64,000 bases of DNA from Squalus acanthias (Eukaryota), in NCBI GenBank assembly GCA_030390025.1, contig CM059430.1, positions 43,338,001-43,402,000 on the forward strand. Direction: 5' to 3'. Under the pieces are notes generated by a model. That model searched no databases and was not told the DNA's origin. It was given only the letters and a program-made list of their open reading frames with translations. Position numbers and translations under genes: made by a program. Below, in pieces: positions 39,353 to 50,779 of this stretch. How positions within the stretch are numbered: position 1 is the first letter of the stretch; every line of letters begins with the position of its first letter.

Positions 39353-40195
39353 GTCTTTCCAACGTTTAACTGGAGGAAACTGTGGCTCATCCAAGACTGG
39401 ATGTTGGACAAACAGTCTAACAATACAGAGGCAGTAGAGGGGTCAAGAGAGGTGGAGGAGAGGTAGAGCTGTGCATTGTCAGCGTACATGTGGAAGCTAA
39501 CCCCAAGTCTGCAGATGAGGTCACCAACGAGCAGCATGTTGATTAGGAATAGTTATGGACCCTCGTAATGCTGTCTATTGGCAATGTTGATCACATTCAA
39601 GTTCACCTCCAAGTCATACACCATCCTGACTTGGACATATATCTCTTTTCCTGTGTCAATATCCTGGAATTCCCTACCTAACATCATCATAGGAGCACTA
39701 TCACAAGAAGATTCAAGGAGAAGGCCCAGCGCCACCATCTCAGGACAACGAGGGATGGACAATAAATGTGACCTTGCCAGTGTTATCCGAATCCTGAGCA
39801 CAAATAATAAAATGATAGTCTCCTTGACCTGTAAGTGTCTGGGACAAAAGGGACAGGAATTAGAGACTAAAGGGGAAAGAAAGATGAAAAAACACAATAC
39901 CTTAAATACTACTGATTGCGTAAAGTGTATTCTTACTAAGTTCAAAATATATCTGTTAATATCACCAACATTCTCTGCATAGTAAATCCCTTGATCTCAT
40001 AGGCACCATATAAAAAATGTCATAAAGGGGGTTTCTAATTAATCGGATATTTTACACAGCCTCTGCATTAGAGAAGGTGCCATGAACGATACACATCATG
40101 TCAGACAGTACTGTAAAGATCGTCAAATGCAAGTGGAAAACTGAAATTGATATCAGCAGAAGAAATCAAAAATATTTTTTGCAATCAGACTTTAT

Positions 40196-40885
40196 GGCCC
40201 GGAATTTCCTGGAAAGTTTTGTCACGCTTATGACATAACAGCGGAGTTGGTTTTTCTTTCAAAAGAAATTTACGCATAACTGATTTACACCAAAACATTT
40301 TCCGAAACACCGAATTATACGATTATTTGCGCCGCTCCTGACTTATGTCTGCAAAACCCCAAATAGCTCATTAGCATAGCCTCGCCCCATGCAAAATTCC
40401 AGAGAATGCAAGTTTCCTGCATTTACGCCCGTTCTGAACTTTTAGGTGAAGCAGTACCCGAAGTCACTATTTCTGGTGTTTTACGATGACTTTTTTTAAG
40501 CAATCTTCTTTATTTCTCCTACTGAGACCTTCACTGTACTTTCTATAGCTGATGAATTTTTTTTTATGGCATCAGAATCTTTACAGTAAAGAGAAAAGCT
40601 GCCACAATTGCATTTTCTTAAATGTGCTGTGCTTAATGTGCATAAATGATGGTTTGATGGCCTCAAACTTTAATTTTCATAAGATAAGGAGGGACTTGAA
40701 GAAGGAAGATGACGTGTGTTCCACGCTTTCCTCGGGCCCCAATTATTTATACTGATTTCCGCTTGTTTTGTGCCAGTTTTTATATTCGGGCCTATGCATA
40801 CATTGCCATCGGCAAGATCGACGCAGAAACCAGTGTAAATTTTGGCATAATTTTGGCTAAAGTCGGATCAAGGAAATTCCAGCCC
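40196..40885. mobile_element. Harbinger-like MITE
   Basis: TIRs ggcccggaatttcct / aggaaattccagccc (13/15); TSD TAT at 40193-40195 and 40886-40888. Confidence 0.85.
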
Positions 40886-41862
40886 TATGTTGCTTCATTT
40901 ACATCATTCTTTAAAAAATGCTTTTCAGCTTCAAGTATCAACAAATATTAAGAGCAGCAAATCCAGTGTATTGGTTCAATTTTGAATTACTGCCATCTAC
41001 AGCAACAGCAACAGCTTGCCTTTATATAGCACCTTCAACGTAGTTAAATGTCCCAAGGCACTTCACAGGAACATTATCAAACAAAATTTGACACCGAGCC
41101 ATGTAAGCAGATATTAGGACAGGTCAGTTTTAAGGTGCATCTTAAAGGAGAAGAGAGAGGTAGCGAGGCGGAGAGGTTTAGGGAGGGAATTCCAGAGCTT
41201 ACAGCCTCGGCAGCTGAAGGCACAGCTACCAATTGTGGAGTGATTAAAATCGGGGATGCGCAAGAGGCCAGAATTGGAGGAGCGCAGATATCTCGGAGGG
41301 TTGTAGGGCTGGAGGAGGTTTCAGAGATAGGGCGGGGTGAGTACATGGAGGGATTCGAAAACAAGGATAAGAATTTTAAAATCGAGGCATTGCTTAACCG
41401 GAAGCCAATGTAGGTCAGCGAGTGCAAGGGTGATGGGTAAATGGGACTTGGTGCGAGTTAGGGTACGGGCAGCAGAGTTTTGGATGAGCTTAAGTTTATG
41501 GAGGGTGGAAGATGGGAGGCCGGCCAGGAGTGCGTTGGAATAATCAAGTCTAGAGGTAACAAAGGCATAGTTCAGGGTTTCAGCAGCAGATGAGCTGAGG
41601 CAGGGGCGGAGACAGGCCATGTTATGAGTTGGAAGTAGGCGATCTTAGTGATGGCATGGATATGTGGTCGGAAGCTCATCTTGGGGTTAAATATGACAAC
41701 AAGGTTGTGAACAGTCTGGTTCAGCCTCAGACAGTGGCCAGGGAGAGGGATGGAGTCTGTGGCGGGATCCGAAAACAATGGCTTTGGTCTTCCCAATATT
41801 TAGTTGGAGGAAATTTCTGCTCATCCAGTACTAGATATCGGACAGCAGTCTGACAATTTAGA

Positions 41863-42088
41863 CAAAAATGAGAAGTCGCACAACACCAGGTTATAGTCCA
41901 ACAGATTTATTTAAAATTACAAGCTTTCGGAGCTATCCTGCCCCTTCTTCAGGTAGAGTTACTGTCGAAGAAGGGGCAGGACAGCTCCGAAAGCTTGTAA
42001 TTTTAAATAAATCTGTTGGACTATAACCTGGTGTTGTGCGACTTCTCATTTTTGTCCACCCCAGTCCAACGCCGGCATCTCCACATCA
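41863..42088 (+). mobile_element. Penelope-like retroelement remnant: inverted pseudo-LTR pair plus 3' extension
   Basis: Arms 41861-41950 and 41967-42056 are reverse complements with one mismatch; 32-nt extension 42057-42088; TSD tgacaatttaga at 41851-41862 and 42089-42100. Confidence 0.85.
41918..41955 (-). ncRNA. Putative minimal type-I hammerhead ribozyme motif
   Basis: Minus strand reads UAC-CUGAAGA-A-GGGGC-AGGAUA-GCUCC-GAAA-GC-UU-GUA: CUGANGA and GAAA cores, 5-bp stem II, short stem I, palindromic AAGCUU. Confidence 0.6.
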
Positions 42089-45000
42089 TGACAATTTAGA
42101 GACAGTGGAGGGGTCAAGAGAGGATGTGGTGAGGTAGAGCTGGGTGTTGTCAGCATGCATGTGGATCCTGTTTTCAGATGATGTCGCCGAGGGGCAGCAT
42201 GTAGATGAGAAATAGCCTCAGACAGTGGACAGGGAGAGGGATGGAGTCAGTGGCTAGGGAATGGATTTAAGATATTAAAAAGTCAAATTCCTTCATGTGG
42301 AATAGATCTGGATCCTCATAATGCTGTTTCTTGGCAATATTGAATAAAGAAGAAATGGCTGCATCAATACTGACTAGTAAGGAAAGTCTACTACTGTGTT
42401 ACATGAACTACAGAGTGCAGGATAGCAGAATAACAGATTGCAACATGAAACAGCATTGAGGAATAAATTCTGCACAAGACACACTGTAAAGATTGCTTCT
42501 GTTTTTTTTAAACCAGCACATCAGTATTACAATACAGTACATGCAGCATAGTACAGAGGAATAAAAAGTAAATTAGTTGGGGTTTCATATGTCTTCCCTA
42601 TTTGAAAGGCAACAAAAGCAGAAGTGGCAGTGATCTGCACCTCACTCCAGATGCAGCTTAACAAGATAACACAAGGTAGTGCTTGAGAAGGTGGAGATTG
42701 ACACTGTTCCAGGTACAGCTGGGCAAACAGTAATGAGTCTCACACCCTTTCAGCATTGTGAAATTTTACGCTTGAATGACTGTTTATTTGCATAATTCTA
42801 AATTTGTATAATGTATATAAACAAAATAGATAACCTAGGAAATGTTGGGAGGGGTAAATGTTTATTTCCTTGTAACAGATTTGTCTAAATGTTGAACTTA
42901 TTTATTTTGTGTTAAATCTGTCATTTAGTTTGGTACAAAATATAGTTTTTCTCTTGTTCTCTGCTGCCACTATTTGATGGACTCAGAATGTTCCTCTGTG
43001 CTGAAGCGTCTATTATATTTGTGCAACACTGAAGGTGCAAATCCATTTCTAAATGGTCACGAACCACATTAAATAACCTATTATAGGTTAAATCTGTGAG
43101 TTAAGGTCTATATCTGTACTCCCAAAATGAAGTCTGTCACCTTAGACCTCCTATATTTACATTTCAACATCAAATTGCTGTTTTTTTTAAAGAATGTTTT
43201 TTAAAATACAGGAAATAGCTGAAGATTGAGTCACACAAAATAACTATAAAGCACATCCATTATGGTTTGAAAAAACAAAATGGTTCTAATGTAAGCTGCC
43301 TGCTTCTTTTCTCTACCTGGGGCATTCCCTTCATATTATAGTTAAGGAACGGAGGTGAAGCAGAGTAGCAGGTCTGTGCAGGGGCAAGTGCTGGGGAAAG
43401 AAAGGTCAAGGACAAGTAAATCCTGCTACCTCTGTTTGAAATAATAAATAAGCTGACTCACCAGAGGGGAATCATTAAAAATAATTTGCACAAGCTTTCT
43501 GTTCAGCAAGCTCTTTTGATACAACATTTCCTTCAGTGATTATCACTGCGGACATGTTCCTGCCATATGGATAGGAGCTGGGCTGGGAGGCTTCCCAATA
43601 CCTGAGTGGTTAATTAAGAGCTGTTGCTGGGCCACAAGAAGCAGGTTTTAAATCCCTCTACACTATCCTACAATGAGTAGCTTTTTGCAGGCTAAGTCAC
43701 AAGGGACAGTCAGAAGCGCAGGGTAATTATTTGAGATAACATACAGCTGAAGTGGGGGGAATGTGCATTTGAAAGGAGGTGATGGTAGAGAAAAAAAACT
43801 CTATAGTAAAAAGGTCAACATTTCTTATTTTTTAGCACACTGTTGACAGTCTGTAATGTCTTTTTGGAATGAAAGACAATGTTACCAGTTTTATGAATAT
43901 CTCATTTTGAATTCGACTTTGCAATTCTAAGTGTGCGCCTGCCAAACCAATCTGAATAAGCTATTCTTACCTGTCAGAGTATGCTGTTATGACTTTGATC
44001 GCCACTGTTGGAAAATAGCAGGGCTTTCTCCAATAATCAGTGAGAAAAAATACATACACAGGGAGTAAAAACCTTGATATATTATGGGCAGATACGTCCT
44101 GTCTGTATAACATTTCAGACTTATGTAAGTCAAAAACCTTCAGCACCTTTAGAGGAGAAAAAATTATCACCAAGGGTGATGAGATCTTTCTTCTTAGCAA
44201 TCCAGACCCTAATTCAATAATATCAGTTCAATGACAAAAGCAGGGCTGTCAATGCAGAAGGAGCTTTGTGGGTTATGGGTTAGAATAAAGGTGGGCAGAT
44301 GTCTGATAATGAGACTGAAACATGCAGATGCTAATATCACTGTTCAGCAGAGCAGGATTGTCTTTGTTAAGCTGACCCAGGTAGCAGCTGTGGACTGTCA
44401 GGTTTTTGGAATGCTGGTTTCTCTTGATTCTCATTTAAGATCAGATTTGTATGCTGTCTGTCAGTGAACTTTTCTCACAGGGAACTGAACCCCAGGGTTA
44501 TCAGTTTCATTTGGACATAACTAGATGTCAAAAGAAGTTTAAGTTGTTTGAGGAACCACAGTGCGCTCCTCACACTGACTGATGCTCTCATTCCTCAAAG
44601 GCCCTCATGCTAATGATTCACCTATAATCTCTGCAGTATTTTAATAACTGATTTGATTTTAAAGTTCAAACAAAGGGAAATCTTCTATTATGTTCAGCAA
44701 TTGTGCTAATTCCCTCCACTGCCATGGTGTGGTGCTGTCCTTGTTTGGTGCCAAGTTGTGCCATATTTTATTGGTACTTATGTAATTGCAAATGGCAGTG
44801 AGATACACAATCTATTCTACTATCTTGGAGCTGTGAAATGTTTGTGCCATTATTTGCTATTCATTTTTTTAAAAACATTGTATAGTTTCTCCACTCTTTG
44901 AATGTAGTTTGGTTTTGTAATGTATCATTCTGTGACCGAGAAGCAAGGTATCTTTCTCCCAGGGTTTTGGCAACACCACTCTTGAGTTAACTGCTAAAGG

Positions 45001-45226
45001 GTGTGAAAATGCATCCCAGTTTGATTCATTCTGATTTTCTCTCTCCCTTTGGAGAAGCGGATTGTTTCGACATGACACCTCCCGCACATGGGCTGTCTGA
45101 AATCAGGAAACTTGGGGATGTGAGGTAGTGGTAGTGGTGAACCTACACCCAATCAGCAGCACCTTCATGAACTGACCTGCTACACCATGAGCCTGCCAGG
45201 TGTGGGAGTCTTATTATTAAGTCTAT

Positions 45227-45393
45227 GGCCTAGAAATTCATCTCAGGCGGTTGCGCAAAACGGGCGGTATCTGATCGGCCGCCCGTTATACGCAGCACCT
45301 GATAGTCAGTTCCATTGACTGGAACTGAATATAACGGGCGTCCGATCCGATACCGCCCGCTTTGCACCAGCGACTGAGATGAATTTCTAGGCC
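45227..45393. mobile_element. Near-fully palindromic 167-bp Harbinger-like MITE
   Basis: Perfect 20-bp TIR ggcctagaaattcatctcag / ctgagatgaatttctaggcc; internal arms cgggcggtatc / gataccgcccg and cgcccgttata / tataacgggcg; TAT/CAT flanks. Confidence 0.85.
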
Positions 45394-45509
45394 CATGTTT
45401 TCTGTGAGTTTTAAAACCTGGTGCCGTGGAATTACATGTGAAAAACAAATATCCCTCTAGCTGGCAAAAGTTCCAAAATGGCAGAAGGCTCTTTGCTTAC
45501 AAGTCAGAG

Positions 45510-45775
45510 AAGACTCAGGAGAGCATTATAGTCCCAAAGGATCTTCAGAGAGTGAATTTGTATTATTGACTAATCTGACACTTGCTGTTACCATAGATTT
45601 AGATTCAATAAGCAGACGCTGTATGACCTCTGTGAGGAGTTAAAAGAGAATCTGTAGTGTTAGACGCCCATAAATTATGCCCTCCCAGCTAGTGAAAATG
45701 ATTGTTGCTCTTGCCTATGACGGTGGTACTTTTCATGGCCAAACTGGTGGCACCATTGACATCAAATAATATGGT
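45510..45775 (+). pseudogene. Second Harbinger transposase N-terminal fragment
   Basis: Hand translation RIFRE..SDTCCYHRFRFNKQTLYDLCEELKENL..ALP..KMIVALAY..GTFHGQTG resembles the HARBI1 N-terminus; contains stops. Confidence 0.6.
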
Positions 45776-45851
45776 ACTTTTATACTTACCATCTCGCTTC
45801 AGGGTCTGATTTTGGAAAAAAAATGACCTTCCATATGTGCCCTGTAATGTT

Positions 45852-45993
45852 TAGGAACATAGGAACAGGATTAGGCCATTCAGTCCCTCAAATCTACTCT
45901 GCCATTCAGTTAAGATCATGGCTGATCTGTATCTCAATTCCAATTACCTGCCTTAGCTCCATATCCTTTGATACCCTTACCTAACAAAAATCT
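45852..45993 (-). mobile_element. CR1-type 3' tail fragment
   Basis: aggaacataggaacaggattaggccattcag...agatcatggctgatctg. Confidence 0.7.
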
Positions 45994-46019
45994 CTTACTT
46001 GGATGGGAGGGGAGCATTA

Positions 46020-46810
46020 GTTTTTTTTGTTCATTCGCAGGATGTGGGGCGTTGCTGGCAAGGCCAGCATTTATTGCCCATCCCTAGTTGCCCTTGAGAA
46101 GGTGGTGGTGAGTCCCCTTCTTGAACCACTGCCTTGTAGGTGGTGGAAAGGTTTGGGGGAGTCAAGAAGTGAGTCACTCACTGCAGAATACCCAGCCTCT
46201 GACCTGCTCTTGTATCCACAGTATTTATGTGGCTGGTCCAGTTAACTTTCTCGTCAATGCTGACCTCCAGGATGTTGATGGTGGGAGATTAGATGATGGT
46301 ATTGCCATTGAATGTCAAGGAGAGGTGTTTAGACTCTCTCTTGTTGGAGATGGTCATTGAAGAGGAGCAGGGAAGGTGCCATGGTCAATATTTATCCCTC
46401 AATCAACAGTACTAAAACAGATTAACTGGTCATTTTTCTCATTACTGTTTGTGGGACCTTGCTGTGCACAAAGGTGGCTGCCACATTTCCCTATATTACA
46501 ATGGAGGAGGCAGCAAGGTTGAATTTGGTGGCATCAGCATACATATGGAAGCTGACCCTATGCTTCCAGATAATGTTGCCAAGAGGAGGTATACTGATGA
46601 TGAAGAAGAGGGGACCAAGGGGTACATTAGAGATAACAACACAAGCAAAAGAGGAGAAGCTATTGGCAGTAATGCTGAGTCAGATAAAAGTGGAACCAGG
46701 AGGGATCAATGTCCTGAAGGTGTACTGCACAGGAGAGGCATTGGAGAAGAATTGAGTGGTCAATAGTGTCGGAGGCAGCAGAGGATTAGGAGAGATAGGA
46801 AGCCATGGTC
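46020..46810. mobile_element. Mosaic: LINE family-3 tail (-), DeuSINE core (+, 46360-46500), L2 RT fragment (-, 46500-46810)
   Basis: ccagcatttattgcccatccctagttgcccttgagaagg; aatatttatccctcaatcaac; gcatcagcatacatatggaagctgaccc (FHMYAD on the - strand). Confidence 0.65.
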
Positions 46811-48742
46811 ACAAGTGCACAGGATATTGTTTGTAAATTTGACCAGTCCAGTCTTGGTGATATAAGCAAAACAGAAGGCAGATTAGAGGGATGCAAATCA
46901 GAGAGCAAGGTGGAATTTTGTGAAATTGGTTAGCAGTGGCAAAAAGGAGGTTAGAGTTGTTCTGCTCTCCAGGATGATCTCGAAGTAGTAAGCGGTTTTG
47001 GCCAAGGAGAAGAAACAGCCGGACAACTTGAGGTGATCCAGCTGAAATCATAAATCTACTTTGTTTTGATGTAGCTCTATTCACAAATTATAATTATTCA
47101 TCTACCGCTGGTCAAAGTGGCAGGAAACTAATAACAAAATGTATACAGTGATGATAGTGTGCACATGCGATGGTACTTTAAAGATGCAGATCAAATTAGG
47201 CTCTAAATGATTTGAATCGGGCAATAGTTGGGTATTGGAATTGATTCAGTATCATGGTTTGTGTTCTGAATTCTATTTGACTCTTATAGGTCACACAGCA
47301 CAAGGGACACATTATACAGAGTAGGATGTATGCTCATGAGAAGTAGGGAGACTGCTTGGTAGGTCTGAAAGAATATAATTCTCCTGTTTCTTTGACACCC
47401 TATGAAAGACCTGACAGAGTTCTCTATGCCATTGTATTTGGCACTGTTGTTGCATTCAGGCTGATTTATTTGTTGTTCTGTGTTGGCAAATAAAGTGGGT
47501 CTACTTCTGGACAATTGTTGAATGCAAGGAATGGCATCCCATTGGAAACCATGAATGAAGGAGACATTGGACTAAACTTTCACACAAAAGTTTTGTTACT
47601 TGGAACATGAGCAGAAACAAATGCACCATTACAAAAACAATTAACATCACTTGAAATCCAGGATGTTTACAGACAAAATTAAACTTGCATAAGAGTTACC
47701 CATGCTCATGATGGAAAAATCATAAAATGAAGTAACCACTCACATGGCTCCCTTCAAATTATGTCACAGTCCAATAAAAAAAGCTTTTTAAGGATTTTCT
47801 GCTCCCCCACAGCCTAGCATTACTCTTAAGACTTCTCTTCCGCTGCTTACGAGTGAGGTAAGAAGGAAGCTTCGGTTTACTCCCTGCATCAGCAAGTTCA
47901 ACTTGACTGCTCGATGAAGGAAGATCCGAATGAGAGCTAATACTCTGGCCTATGGATTCAGCATGCTCTCCTGTGTTTTTTTTCATACTTCTAACTGTTC
48001 ATCGCAGCTTCCTACACGTCTCATTTTCAGATCCAGAAACTCCTCTTCAAAGGAATCTGATGTCTGAGTGTCTGTGAGTGGGACACACTGAGAGGGAAGA
48101 GCTGCTCTTCATCTAGTACTTTGCAAGGATCTGATTATCCAATATGTTGATAGACTCATGATTTATGAAGTTGAAAGTTGTGTCTTTACTTTGATGATTT
48201 ATAATGCCCACATGCCATTTGTAAGCATTTTAGTGAGATGTATGTCTCGTACCACTGATGGATGTATTTGTGCACTCTTACAGAATAGCCTTTTTGCTCC
48301 ACAGTGCTGTGGCCACACACCAAAATGCAGCATGAAATGTTATAACTATGGTATAAATAGCGATAACAGATTTCTGCTTACAGCTTTTATCAAACATTAC
48401 ATAATATCTGCATGGACTAAACATGACTAAGTAGCACAGATGATGCAAAATGGAAAACAGTAGGATGTGTAGTTTGTTTTACAAGACCTCATAAACCTCT
48501 CTCCCAAGTGACAAGGTCACATGTGTGTTATAAATACCCTGGGAGAAACTGGAGTGTCATGTCCCCAAAAACAAGGTTTACTCAAAAGTTGAACATTGTT
48601 CCGACAATGTACCGAAATAATGTGCAATTACTGAATAAGCTTAGCAACTTATTGAGTGAATTTATTAGCGCTCCTGGTTTTTGCGTTTTTTCAATTAGTC
48701 TTCTAAATTGTTGGAATTAAATTAAATTGAGTAATATATGTA

Positions 48743-48930
48743 GGGGGATAACTTCCACAGGGTTCTCCTGTGCAACTTTAGCAGAGGATTGGTGGAAGCC
48801 TCGGCGAATCGGTATGAACAGCCGTTTTTAGCCTTTTCCACCAAAGTTATGGTAGTAGATCAGGAGACCTCCAACACCACCCCCCCCCCCCCACCACCAC
48901 CAGCCCCCAATCCCCCATGGAAATTCCAAG
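48743..48930. mobile_element. Short hairpin MITE
   Basis: Approximately the reverse complement of 49389-49566 (caactttagcagaggattggtggaagcctcggcga versus tcgctgaggcttctgccaatcttccactaaagttg). Confidence 0.6.
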
Positions 48931-49388
48931 AGGTAGTTTTATTGCGCTTGAAGTGTGGAAAGAAATGAAAACCTCTCATTACTGCAAACAGCAGAATGAA
49001 AAATATCAAAATACTGATTTATAAATTGTCTACAAAATATGACTTAATTTTGTGGTACTGATTTCAGTAAAAAGCTATTTTTGGGTTCAGCAATACAGTT
49101 GAGAGATTCTTTATTTTTGACTGACAGGTGTCAGACCATCAGTTCTTTTGGTTTTGATTGGTAGATTCTGTTTGGAGGAAAAACTATCAACTGACAAATA
49201 AGAAAGCTTCTGATTGGCTGAGGTTACTTCATGCATCATAATGTGTTTTATACCAGAGACTAAAGTACTAACATTGACATTTCAGTACATTATAAAGTTA
49301 ATTTCAAGAATGTAAGAACAGTTATACTGAAGAAATGTAAGCTTGCTTATGATCTCATGAAGAAGTTGTTATGATACTAAAGGTTATA

Positions 49389-49566
49389 AGGGTACAATTT
49401 CCACATGGATTCTCTCAATCACCCGCCGTAACTTTGGTGGAAGATCAGTAGAAAGCCTGGGGAAATAATGTAAATGGCTGTTTACGCTGTGTCGCTGAGG
49501 CTTCTGCCAATCTTCCACTAAAGTTGCAGCGAGAGATCAGGAGATTCCCTGTGGAAATTCTACCTC
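49389..49566. mobile_element. Short hairpin MITE (same family as 48743-48930)
   Basis: TIRs agggtacaatttccac / gtggaaattctacctc; internal aactttggtggaagat / atcttccactaaagtt. Confidence 0.7.
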
Positions 49567-50779
49567 ATGATGTTTTAAAGGAAGTATTAAAAATGTTAAT
49601 CAATAGTTTCTATTACTACCTTTGTAATAATTACACATTAAACATGAATTTATCCTTTATATTAAGGAGGCTGCAGAAGTCCATTCATGCAGAAATATTC
49701 TATTTGACTAAAAATGCACCATAATGACTTATTAAATTCAAAGCAATATACAATGGAAAGCTCCAGGAACTTTTACAGGAGTCAGTGTGCCATGTTAGAT
49801 GACTGTGATAATATAAATTGCATTTGTATTTGCCATTTTGGATGCTGCCACTTCTGCAGGTACCTCCATGCTGCTGGAGGTAATCACTTCTGATTTTAAA
49901 GTTCAATGTGAACTGGCTACTGGAAATCAGAAAGTAATTCTCTCAAACACAGAAACAATAAAGGTTCCAATACTGAGGGCTGCATAAACAGCATTGCAAT
50001 AATACCCATGTGGGTTTTCTTTCTTTTTTTTTGCTTTGAATATCACTACAAACAGACAATCTAATACATCATCCCTAGCCTTTAGCAGTAAAATTACCCT
50101 TCGAAAAGAACGTGCTACAGTATACAATCAAGTGACATAGTGTTGGAGCTCACAGGTTTTGGTGATAGAGAATGCGAAACATACTATTATTCTACGATAG
50201 AATATGACAATGATATCTGCAATCTACACCCTAAATTTAAGCAAAGTGCAATAACAGACATTTAAGTTTGTGGTTTTAGTTGTGTAAGTTGCCACAGTAA
50301 AGAAAAGTGTTTAAGAAAGCAATGAATTGCAAACTATTAGGAAAATGTTCTATTCATGTTGTGAAATGAATATGTAACCTGAAGCACGATTAAATGAAGG
50401 TGGAGGAACAATAGATTTCCTCACTCGCTTGTAATATCATACATCACCAGACTTACTGGCAGTGGCTCAGTGGCAAGGATCCATAACAAGTCCAGTTTAA
50501 GTGAGGCTCCTTAAATGGATGTTAGGTGCACGTCTGTATATACTACCTATGTGTTTGTAGACCAGTTCTTGTTAACAGCATATCCAGTTAAGCAGATGAC
50601 TAGAATTGCCAGAAGTTGTGAATATTTTCACTGAAATGATTTGATCAGATTTTATTGAATATGCATATTTTTTAATATGGTGATTTTTAAGTGGATCATC
50701 CTTGTTCCTGTTTTCTTTCAAGATTGGGGCTGTTGCATCATTGAATGCACTTCATAATTAAGTCACACTTAAAAGAACT

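Larger units (their letters stand above)
37535..39550 (-). mobile_element. L2 LINE 3' portion, split by a CR1 and a SINE tail
   Basis: ORF 38758-39090 HAFVTSRLDYSNTLL..HKLQLIQNSAA; ORF 39259-39537 GVSFHMYADNAQLYL (YADD-like); 3' UTR at 37535-37770. Confidence 0.85.
37110..39810 (+). mobile_element. Third LINE family (CR1/L2 group), 3' part, split by an L2 (37110-37530 and 39575-39810)
   Basis: Decayed VT.DQKLNW...RAGQRLGIL and TLKKLNTI.D; tail aagttcacctccaagtcatacaccatcctgacttgg...gggatggacaataaatg. Confidence 0.6.
41000..42265 (-). mobile_element. L2 LINE 3' portion, interrupted by a Penelope foldback
   Basis: AAETLNYAFVTSRLDYSNALLAGLP..LIQNSAAR..LHWLPVKQCLDFKIL; 3' end gctatataaaggcaagctgttgctgttg on the - strand. 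Confidence 0.9.
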
